From Candidatus Hydrogenedentota bacterium (GTDB lineage: Bacteria > Hydrogenedentota > Hydrogenedentia > Hydrogenedentales > SLHB01), in the NCBI GenBank assembly GCA_963745075.1, contig CAVUWV010000013.1, positions 1-64,000 on the forward strand: DNA of 64,000 bases, in the 5' to 3' direction. The notes beneath the pieces are model-generated. The model had not been told where the DNA came from. It saw only the letters and a list, made by a program, of their open reading frames with translations, and did not search any database. How positions within the stretch are numbered: the stretch's first letter is position 1; each line of letters starts with the position of its first letter. The translations under genes and the position numbers were made by a program. This document shows positions 55,654 through 63,290 of this stretch, one piece after another.

Positions 55654-55696
55654 AAAGACCCCGGGTCGCTCAAGCGCCTCGGGGTCTTTTCATTTT
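55654..55696 (+). terminator. Intrinsic terminator
   Basis: AAAGACCCCG...CGGGGTCTTTT followed by CATTTT. Confidence 0.75.
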
Positions 55697-55782
55697 GGGC
55701 GCCGATTGATCGATGATGATCCGGGTGCGACAATCGAACGGTATGAAATCGATCGCGAACACGGAAGAGGATTGACCCTGCC

Positions 55783-55935
55783 ATGAAAGTCCACGATTTT
55801 GCGTATCAAATCGCGATGCACACCATTCGACTCCTGGAGGAAACGCAACACTACAAGATTCCCGATGCGACCCGGAAGCAGATCGGAGAACGAATCCTGC
55901 AAGATGTGGATGCGATTCTGAAGCAATCCCAGTAA
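55783..55935 (+). CDS. 50-aa hypothetical helical protein MKVHDFAYQIAMHTIRLLEETQHYKIPDATRKQIGERILQDVDAILKQSQ
   Basis: Translated by hand; GAAGAGGA upstream; amphipathic pattern; codon usage looks host-like. Confidence 0.6.
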   Translation: MKVHDFAYQIAMHTIRLLEETQHYKIPDATRKQIGERILQDVDAILKQSQ

Positions 55936-56041
55936 TGGGGTTGATTGGAAAGATGCGGAGGCGCGGGCCGAGGCGTTCAGCCCGCGCCTCCTTCTCACTC
56001 CGTCGTCCCAAGGTTGGTGACGGCTGCTGGGGAGCCTCCTT

Positions 56042-56737
56042 CTATTCGGTCGGAGCGGGAGGAGGCGGAGGTACGTCTACTTGGGCCCGGGATCCCTGCG
56101 GCCCGCGATCGCCATCGAACTGACGAGGACCATGCGGTCCGCGGCCGTCGTCATACCCGCGAGGACTACGGGGTCCGCGCGGACCGCCCATTCCTTCGGG
56201 GCCGTCCGGCCGGGGCGGACGATGCTGGGCGTGGAACTGATCCCATTCCGGACGGGTAATCGATCCGTCGCCATCGGCGTCGATGTCTTCAAAGGGCGGC
56301 GGTCCCATGGGGCGGCCCGGACCCATGCCCTCGCGACGACCTTGCGGCCCTTGCCGTCCGGGCTGCCACTGGCCATCCTGGGCTCGTTTTCCATGGGGAC
56401 CCGTCATGTCGCACTCGCCGGGCCGATGACCGTCACGCGCGCCGTATGGTCCACGCGGTCCCTGTGGGCCTTGGAATTGACCGCGCGGGGGTGGGGGACC
56501 TTGGCGATCATCATAGCCGCGAGGCCCTTGCGGTCCGCGAAACTGATCCCGAGGCGGCGGCGTAGCTTGAAACTGGTCCGCATCCGGCGGCGGTGGCGGA
56601 GGCCCGGGATCGACCGCCTGCGAATCGTTGGGTGGCGGCTGCGGCGGTTGTGCCTGCGCCGCGACGGTCAGCAGGCACACCAAGGCCAATGCCGTTATCC
56701 CGGTGAGCAGGTGGTTCAGCATTCGTGTCGTTGTCAT
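56042..56737 (-). CDS. Secreted Pro/Gly-rich low-complexity protein with one EF-hand
   Basis: GGAGG SD; signal peptide ending AAQA; GPQGPRG repeats; DIDADGDGSITRPEW EF-hand loop. Confidence 0.8.
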   Translation of the reverse strand: MTTTRMLNHLLTGITALALVCLLTVAAQAQPPQPPPNDSQAVDPGPPPPPPDADQFQATPPPRDQFRGPQGPRGYDDRQGPPPPRGQFQGPQGPRGPYGARDGHRPGECDMTGPHGKRAQDGQWQPGRQGPQGRREGMGPGRPMGPPPFEDIDADGDGSITRPEWDQFHAQHRPPRPDGPEGMGGPRGPRSPRGYDDGRGPHGPRQFDGDRGPQGSRAQVDVPPPPPAPTE

Positions 56738-56894
56738 AAAACTACCCTCCTGAATCCCGTTAGGGTTCGTTGACCTTTTCTCAACTCCGACCTGATTGTG
56801 CCCGGCGACATTAACGGGACCCCGGAGGATTTCATGACAAAACCTTAATCTTCCGTATTCGGAACAACGTCCACATCGAGGGTATACTTTGCCA

Positions 56895-57569
56895 ATGAAA
56901 GTGTTGGTCGTGGAAGACGAGAAGCAGATTGCGGGCTTCGTTAAAAAGGGGCTCGAGGAGCAGGGTTTCACTGTGGACGTCTGCGACAATGGGAACGACG
57001 GGTATACTTTCGCGACAACCCAATCCTACGACGCCATCGTGCTGGACATTATGCTGCCCGGCCGTGACGGGCTCAGCATCCTGAAGAATCTTCGCAAACG
57101 GAAAAACGCGGTCCCGGTCATCCTGCTCACTGCGCGGAGCGAACTGGATGAACGTCTCGAAGGGCTTAATCTGGGCGCGGATGACTACCTCACCAAGCCT
57201 TTCTTTGTGGAGGAACTGATCGCGCGCATCCGCGCGGTGGTCCGGCGCGCCTCCGGCGAACAGCTCAGCATTCTGCAGATCGAGGATCTCACGATCAACG
57301 TAATCACGCGTGAGGTTAAGCGCGGAGATCGTGGCATTTCCCTGACGGCACGCGAATTCAGCCTGTTGGAGTATTTGACGCGGTCACCCGGCCGGGTGTA
57401 CACCCGCACGCAGATTCTCGAACACGTCTGGGGGTACGACTTCGATCCGAATACCAATCTAATCGACGTGCACATCCAACGCCTGCGGAAAAAGCTCGAC
57501 GCCGGAAGCGCATCGCCCCTCATTGAAACCGTGCGTGGTGTCGGGTACCGCATCAAACGGACGGAATAA
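56895..57569 (+). CDS. OmpR-family response regulator (CusR/CzcR-like)
   Basis: VVEDE, LDIMLPG, GADDYLTKPF, winged helix ETVRGVGY. Confidence 0.94.
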   Translation: MKVLVVEDEKQIAGFVKKGLEEQGFTVDVCDNGNDGYTFATTQSYDAIVLDIMLPGRDGLSILKNLRKRKNAVPVILLTARSELDERLEGLNLGADDYLTKPFFVEELIARIRAVVRRASGEQLSILQIEDLTINVITREVKRGDRGISLTAREFSLLEYLTRSPGRVYTRTQILEHVWGYDFDPNTNLIDVHIQRLRKKLDAGSASPLIETVRGVGYRIKRTE

Positions 57570-57573
57570 CGTC

Positions 57574-59229
57574 ATGATTCGGATTCGGTCTTTCCGGTTG
57601 CGTATCACGCTTCTGTCGGTTCTGCTTTCCGGCGTCGTGCTGATCGCTTTTGGGGCGTGGAGCTGGTCCCTGATCCGACGAATCAGCCTGGACCGGATCG
57701 ACGACGAAATCCGCGGTATCGGACACCTCCACCTTTCCGAACATCGGCCTCCGGAACACTGGAACACCGTCGGGGAGTCTCTCGCATCCATTCGGTTCGG
57801 AGACCAACAAAAGGGCGAGCCGTTTATCCTGCTCGTGAAGAATCGGCGTAACGAAACGCTTCATGTGTCCCCGGGATGGCCCGCGGACCTTCCTGCGTCT
57901 GAGTTTCCTGCACCGACAGGCGATCTGCCGCCGCCGCTGGAAGGTCCACCCGACGGGCCACCGCGCGCCGGAGCACCCCTAGAGCCCCGGCGGGGTCCTC
58001 CACCCGGCAATCGCGGGCCGGGTTTTCGACCTAACCCGATGGACGGCGAGGGACAACCCATACGCCCGCCTGGGGGTTTTCAAGGCCCTCCAGGGCCGGA
58101 AGGTCCGCCCAATGGGAGGCGACCCGAAGACCAAGGCCCGCGTCGCGGACCCGGATTTCGCGGCGGTCCGCCGCCACCGATTCCGTTGCCGGTTAATCCT
58201 CCGGTAATCGTAACGCGTATTGCGGACGGCAAGGAGTGGCGCATCGGGATCATGGGCAACCCCGAAGTGACCATGGTACTCGGGATCAATCTTGACCGGT
58301 ACAACGCGGAGATGGGCCGTGTCAGAACCGCCTTCCTCCTGGCGTTGCCGGCCGCGCTTTTACTCATTGCCGCCGGCGGCTGGTTTCTGGCGCAACGGGC
58401 GCTGCGGCCGGTGGCGCGTCTCACGCGAACCGCGGAGGGAATCACCGCGCGCGGATTGGATCAACGCATCCCACCGTCGGACGACGACGTCGAGTTCGTC
58501 CGACTGATCGGCGTGTTCAACGAAATGCTGGATCGATTGGAGAAAAGCTTTCAACAAGCGGTGCGATTCAGCGCGGATGCTGCGCACGAACTCAAAACGC
58601 CCCTGACGATTTTGCAGGGGGAATTGGAACAGGCGCTTCAGACCTGCCCACCCGGTTCACCGCAACAGCAATCCTACAATAAGCTTTTGGAAGAAGTGCA
58701 GCGGCTGAAGAGCATTATGCGTAAGCTCTTACTGCTATCGCTGGCGGATTCGGGACAACTCAAGTTGACGTTTGAACCGCTCGACCTGAGTTCGATCCTC
58801 GAATCCGTCTACGAAGACACCCAGATTCTCGCTCCCCAGCTCTCCGTACAGCGCGATATTGCCTCCGGCGTGTGGGTCAATGCCGACCGGGATTTGCTGC
58901 GTCAGGTGGTGCAGAACTTGACCGGAAACGCCATCAAATACAACCGGAAGGGCGGCACGATCCACTTCCGCCTGCGTTCAGACGGACAGGCCGTGCGCCT
59001 GTCTATCGCCAATACGGGCAAAGGAATCCCCGCGACGGAACGCGAGCGTATTTTCGATCGGTTCTATCGCGCCGACCCCTCGCGCAATCGCAAGGTGGAA
59101 GGGGTTGGCCTCGGTCTGAGTCTGGCAAGGGAAATCGCGCGAGCCCACCACGGCGATCTGCAACTGGACGACACGCGGGACGGCATCGTTGCATTCACGC
59201 TAACCCTGCCGGTATTCAACCAAACGTAG
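57574..59229 (+). CDS. HAMP-domain sensor histidine kinase (CusS/CzcS-like) with a Pro/Gly-rich periplasmic insert
   Basis: Two TM helices, HAMP, AAHELKTPL, NAIKYN, IFDRFYR, GLGLSL. Confidence 0.92.
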   Translation: MIRIRSFRLRITLLSVLLSGVVLIAFGAWSWSLIRRISLDRIDDEIRGIGHLHLSEHRPPEHWNTVGESLASIRFGDQQKGEPFILLVKNRRNETLHVSPGWPADLPASEFPAPTGDLPPPLEGPPDGPPRAGAPLEPRRGPPPGNRGPGFRPNPMDGEGQPIRPPGGFQGPPGPEGPPNGRRPEDQGPRRGPGFRGGPPPPIPLPVNPPVIVTRIADGKEWRIGIMGNPEVTMVLGINLDRYNAEMGRVRTAFLLALPAALLLIAAGGWFLAQRALRPVARLTRTAEGITARGLDQRIPPSDDDVEFVRLIGVFNEMLDRLEKSFQQAVRFSADAAHELKTPLTILQGELEQALQTCPPGSPQQQSYNKLLEEVQRLKSIMRKLLLLSLADSGQLKLTFEPLDLSSILESVYEDTQILAPQLSVQRDIASGVWVNADRDLLRQVVQNLTGNAIKYNRKGGTIHFRLRSDGQAVRLSIANTGKGIPATERERIFDRFYRADPSRNRKVEGVGLGLSLAREIARAHHGDLQLDDTRDGIVAFTLTLPVFNQT

Positions 59230-59665
59230 TCCGCATTCCTCCCAGCGCGGCGCAGCCGCAACCAAATCCGAAATCCGAAGCACGAAATTCGAAACAAGTC
59301 CCAATGTTCCAAATGAGGAATGACCAAAACGGTTCTGCCGAGCCGAGACCCGCAAAACAACTTTGCATGGACAGGTATTCACATGCATGCGTATTCCGGC
59401 GATTCCGTCACATGCAGCCCCGGATGGGGCGACCCGAGCCTAGTCACGCCGCAGGCGTGATGGAGCGAGGTACGAGCGGAACCCTGGGTCAGACGAGCAC
59501 CCTCTCCACACAGCCCCCGAATGGGGGCGTAGGAACTCGATTGCGTACCGGGAACTATCATCTGACCATCGAACATGGCTACCAAGCATTTGCGAAGGAT
59601 CTTCACAACGTTGACGGATAGGGACATCGTCCGCATTTCTTCCAGCGCGGCGCAGCCGCAACCAA
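59229..59665 (+). repeat. 37-bp direct repeat pair exactly 400 bp apart (59229-59265, 59629-59665), first copy followed by heptamer repeats
   Basis: GTCCGCATTYCTYCCAGCGCGGCGCAGCCGCAACCAA, 35/37 identical; AAATCCG-AAATCCG-AAGCACG-AAATTCG at 59264-59291. Confidence 0.85.
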
Positions 59666-59880
59666 GACTTTTCTCATCCTCATCCACCGATTGCAGGAAG
59701 ATAATTTGCCCGCAGAAGGTCGCGGACGGACGGAAGAGATTTTGGTCCATAGTTATCACAGCCATCCGGAATCCGCGATCGAAAATCCCATGCGCGTCAT
59801 CGTGAGACGGGGACTACGCCGCGGGCGTGGTTGTTGGTGGCGAGAACAGTCGGGCTGAGTTGTAACGTAATTATTCTCGA

Positions 59881-59928
59881 AATCGGGATCGATCCCGATT
59901 ACGAGCACGAGCACGAGTACGAGCACGA
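59881..59928. repeat. 20-bp perfect palindrome followed by an (ACGAGY)n hexamer tract
   Basis: AATCGGGATCGATCCCGATT, then ACGAGCACGAGCACGAGTACGAGCACGA. Confidence 0.8.
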
Positions 59929-60400
59929 CAAGGGCAAAGCGCCGCTATTGGTACAAAACGACTTAGGGGAGCCTGTTCTTAGGAAAAGTTTGCAAAGGCT
60001 AGCGCGTGAAAATGCAGAATAACTTCAACGTTTTTGACGAATAGTGTCACCGCCCGAAAGGCGTTGTCGTGTGGATCACGCCATGGCGTGATGAGAAATG
60101 CTTTCGAGAAAAGTACTCGTTTTCGCACTTCGTACTCGGATTGTCGAGTAGGAAACAATGCGGTTTAGCCATCTCCTAGTGCCCTTTGGGGATAGCCTTT
60201 TGGAATTTGCACCTATCTCCGCATATTTGCGGGAGAGCACATTACTAACTCGTTGTGCAGTCGCAGGTAGACGATTCGAGAACTTGAGGTTGATCTAGTC
60301 AACCTTGCCGTAGCTTTCGGCAGAGTCTCTAGGGCCGATTCAAAACTGAGGACCGCGGAGGCGTTGTCGACCCCTGCTGGAGGAAGGCACTAAAGAAACT

Positions 60401-60466
60401 ATTTAATTGACAGATTTAATTGACAGATTGGCCTTATTCGCGTAAAAAGGAAAGCGGGGGTATAAT
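60401..60466 (+). promoter_or_regulatory. Promoter/operator region of the Ubl operon: tandem 13-bp repeat containing TTGACA, plus TATAAT
   Basis: ATTTAATTGACAG x2 (60401-60426); TATAAT at 60461-60466; spacing is not canonical, so the exact promoter is unresolved. Confidence 0.45.
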
Positions 60467-60592
60467 GCGAGAACGTCATTTGATAAATGGGCTATCTCCT
60501 CTCTTGAAGCGGGGGCATATAATAAATCCATTCAAACCATATTTATGTCTAAGCCGTTATGTAAATATATATATATAGGAGCTAAACCCGCA

Positions 60593-60883
60593 ATGCCCGA
60601 AGAAAACATGAACGTCGAGGTTTGGGACGCAACTGGAAATAAGAAGATTACGGCAAGTCTTCCTGCCCACGAGCCTGTCAACAGGATTATGGTCGTTCTT
60701 GTGGACAAAATGAATCTGCCTCGTCACAGTCCCGATGGCCAGTTACTGAGTTACAAGTTCAACCATAAGGCTAGTGGTCGCCAACTCCTCGATGACGAGA
60801 CCCTGTCGCATGCCGGTGTACAGCCTAATGACATTCTGCGAATCCAACCCGAAATTACTGCTGGGGGATTCTGTAAGCAATGA
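60593..60883 (+). CDS. Ubiquitin-like protein (YukD/EsaB-like beta-grasp) ending ...PEITAGG-FCKQ
   Basis: AGGAG SD; 96 aa; 'GRQLLDDETLSHAGVQPNDILRI' parallels ubiquitin '[23 protein letters not shown]'; GG near the C-terminus; ATGA overlap with the E1 gene. Confidence 0.85.
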   Translation: MPEENMNVEVWDATGNKKITASLPAHEPVNRIMVVLVDKMNLPRHSPDGQLLSYKFNHKASGRQLLDDETLSHAGVQPNDILRIQPEITAGGFCKQ

Positions 60884-62064
60884 AGCATCTAGACTTCGGG
60901 TCTGATGAGACCGGGACGGGAAGATTTAGTCGTTTCGAACTGATCAATTGGTGGGACCAGCAACACTTGGAGCAAGCTCACGTGCTTGTTGTGGGAGCCG
61001 GGGCTCTCGGTAACGAGATCATCAAGAACTTATGCTTGTTAGGAGTCGGGAATATTTTTGTGGCGGACTTCGACATAGTCGAGAATTCCAATTTGTCCCG
61101 GTCCGTGCTCTTTCGGGAGGCCGACAATGGGAAACCCAAAGCCGTCGTGGCCTGCGAGCGGGCAAAAGGTATTTACCCAAAGGTCAGAGTCCAACCATTC
61201 TCTGGCGACGTTGTGTATGACTTGGGGCTTGGCGTCTATCTTTGGGCCAACGTCATTCTGGGCGGGCTCGATAATCGGGAGGCCCGAGTATCGATGAATG
61301 GTGGTGCAGCTTTCGCCAGGAAACATTGGATTGACGGCGCAATTGAAGTATTGGACGGTGTCATGCGCGTGTTCTATCCCCAAGAAGGAGCGTGCTATGA
61401 GTGTACGATGAACGAAATCGACTGGAAAATTGTCGAGAGTAGACGTTCATGTGCTCTGCTCACTAGAGATCAAATGATGTTGGGGCACGTACCTACAACT
61501 CCGACAACGTCGAGTATCATCGCGGCTCTTCAAGTTCAGGAGGCGGTTAAGTTACTCCATGGTATTCCCGTCATGGCTGGCGAGGGTATCCGTTACACTG
61601 GAATGCAAAACGAGTTCACGCAAGTGCGGTATCCGCGCAAGCCGGAGTGCTATGGGCATGATACGTACCAGGCACTTCGCATGACGGGCCGAAGCACAAC
61701 AGATACAACCGTTCAGGATATCATTAATCTTGCAAGGTGTGAGCTCGGTGGGGACGCGGTAGTTGGATTGAGTAGAGATATCGTGTGTGCACTCGACTGT
61801 CCAATATGCCATAAACGACATAGTATCTTTACTTCGTTGGGTAAGGTTAGAGAAGAAGACGCACTGTGCGAAGAGTGCGGAGAGCTATGTGTCCCAGATA
61901 CATTGACAACCCTCGGGCTGAATGATGACTTAGATGACAAAACTCTAGCGCAGATTGGCGTGCCTCCTTTCGACGTATTAACAGCTCGCAATGACGAAAG
62001 GTCTGTTTCCTATCTATTCGACGGCGACGCGGCGCTAGTGCTGGGTGGATTGGAGGTGAACTGA
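60880..62064 (+). CDS. ThiF/E1-family Ubl-activating enzyme with a C-terminal Zn-ribbon extension
   Basis: GAGALG, SNLSRS, GLDNREAR, CYEC and CYGH Zn ligands, RRSC candidate catalytic Cys, PTTPT, extra CPIC/CEEC. Confidence 0.92.
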   Translation: MKHLDFGSDETGTGRFSRFELINWWDQQHLEQAHVLVVGAGALGNEIIKNLCLLGVGNIFVADFDIVENSNLSRSVLFREADNGKPKAVVACERAKGIYPKVRVQPFSGDVVYDLGLGVYLWANVILGGLDNREARVSMNGGAAFARKHWIDGAIEVLDGVMRVFYPQEGACYECTMNEIDWKIVESRRSCALLTRDQMMLGHVPTTPTTSSIIAALQVQEAVKLLHGIPVMAGEGIRYTGMQNEFTQVRYPRKPECYGHDTYQALRMTGRSTTDTTVQDIINLARCELGGDAVVGLSRDIVCALDCPICHKRHSIFTSLGKVREEDALCEECGELCVPDTLTTLGLNDDLDDKTLAQIGVPPFDVLTARNDERSVSYLFDGDAALVLGGLEVN

Positions 62065-62888
62065 TGTCGAAATCTGATTCTGGAGACAAACCTTCAAGCA
62101 AGCTTGACTATATGGATACGGATACCACGAGATTGCAAGAGCAACCTTTTCCTGTGTCGATTCGTACCACGTTCCGAGTCTATTTCGAGGAGAACGCGTA
62201 TAGGGCCATGATGGAGCACGCGACAACGACCACGGAAGTCGAACTCGGAGGAGTGCTTGTCGGTCGCGTACTTCGTGACGCGGTTGGCCCCTACCTGCGA
62301 ATCGTAGGGAGCATTCCAGCGGAGGGCGCACAAATCGGGATGTACCGAATCACATTCACGCACGAAGCGTGGAATCACATCAATCAAGTTCGAGATGAAA
62401 ATTTTCCAGAAGACACTCTCGTCGGTTGGTATCACACCCACCCGGGCTTCGGTATCTTTCTGTCAGAAATGGATAGTTTCATCCAGGAGAATTTCTTTAA
62501 TCAGCCATTCCAAATTGCGGTGGTTATTGACACAAAGTCTGAGGAGGAAGGCTGTTTTATCTGGGAGTACGGAAGACCAACCCCTGCAAGCTCCTATTGG
62601 GCGGGGTCCAGAGAAGTTACATTGGCTGGAGATGGCGCGGGCAGGCCTGCCGTACGCATACCACCGACTAAGTTTGAAAATGTCGCAAATGGGAGCGAGG
62701 GTAGGCGCAAGTCGAATCCTATAATCTCCATCTATATAGCTACGGTAGTACTAGTATTATTGGTGATAGCGGGCACGACATGGAGTCTCCACGCTAAACT
62801 ATTGAGCCAACAAGAAACCCTAGAATCGGTGCAAAGTCACCTGAGAGAGGAATCGAGACGGCAGCGGCAGATAACCGCGCTACCTTAG
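62064..62888 (+). CDS. JAB/MPN+ (JAMM) metallopeptidase followed by a TM helix
   Basis: EVELGGVLVG; VGWYHTHPGFGIFLSEMD (intact E...HxH-x7-S-x2-D); TM IISIYIATVVLVLLVIAGTTWSL. Confidence 0.9.
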   Translation: MSKSDSGDKPSSKLDYMDTDTTRLQEQPFPVSIRTTFRVYFEENAYRAMMEHATTTTEVELGGVLVGRVLRDAVGPYLRIVGSIPAEGAQIGMYRITFTHEAWNHINQVRDENFPEDTLVGWYHTHPGFGIFLSEMDSFIQENFFNQPFQIAVVIDTKSEEEGCFIWEYGRPTPASSYWAGSREVTLAGDGAGRPAVRIPPTKFENVANGSEGRRKSNPIISIYIATVVLVLLVIAGTTWSLHAKLLSQQETLESVQSHLREESRRQRQITALP

Positions 62889-62905
62889 CAAAAGAAGTCT
62901 CTACT

Positions 62906-63256
62906 GTGAATCAGTCTCTGGAGAGTGTCGACACGACGATCGCCTCGAATTGGAACGCTACGAAAGACCGATTTCGACAACTAGAACAACACCTAAATGA
63001 AGTGAACAAAGACGTAGCAGCTAGCCGGAGCATGTTAGATGACAGGGTATCGGTGCTGAAGTCCAAAATGGACCAAGATAAGGCCGATATCCTACAACAG
63101 CAAAGTCGAATGATGGAGTCCATGGACTCTTGGTTAACCCGAGCCACCAGTTGGCAAACTGGCTGGCCGTCACCGGATTGGGAATGGCAACTGTGGCCGT
63201 TCTCGCCTCTCCTCGCTCCAATGCCTGACACGCCTCCGAGTACGGAAACCGAATGA
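62906..63256 (+). CDS. Coiled-coil segment, probably the frameshifted C-terminus of the JAB-TM protein
   Basis: Heptad-like pattern; this frame is open upstream into the JAB ORF (...GIETAAADNRATLAKEVSTVNQ...). Confidence 0.55.
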   Translation: MNQSLESVDTTIASNWNATKDRFRQLEQHLNEVNKDVAASRSMLDDRVSVLKSKMDQDKADILQQQSRMMESMDSWLTRATSWQTGWPSPDWEWQLWPFSPLLAPMPDTPPSTETE

Positions 63257-63290
63257 GAGTTGACTGGGAATCAAATACGGGGGAAGCGCA

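Noticed and set aside
59229..59930. CRISPR array
   Set aside because: Only two 37-bp copies, 400 bp apart; no regular spacers and no cas genes.
58872..60022. ORFs 58872-59621, 59379-59765 and 59831-60022
   Set aside because: They overlap the kinase out of frame or translate simple repeats (PQPNPKSE, HEHEYEH); no coding signal.
60880..62064. Housekeeping MoeB/ThiF for cofactor biosynthesis
   Set aside because: The partner is a 96-aa YukD/ubiquitin-like protein rather than ThiS/MoaD, there is a JAB-TM neighbour and an extra C-terminal domain, and no thi/moa genes are nearby.
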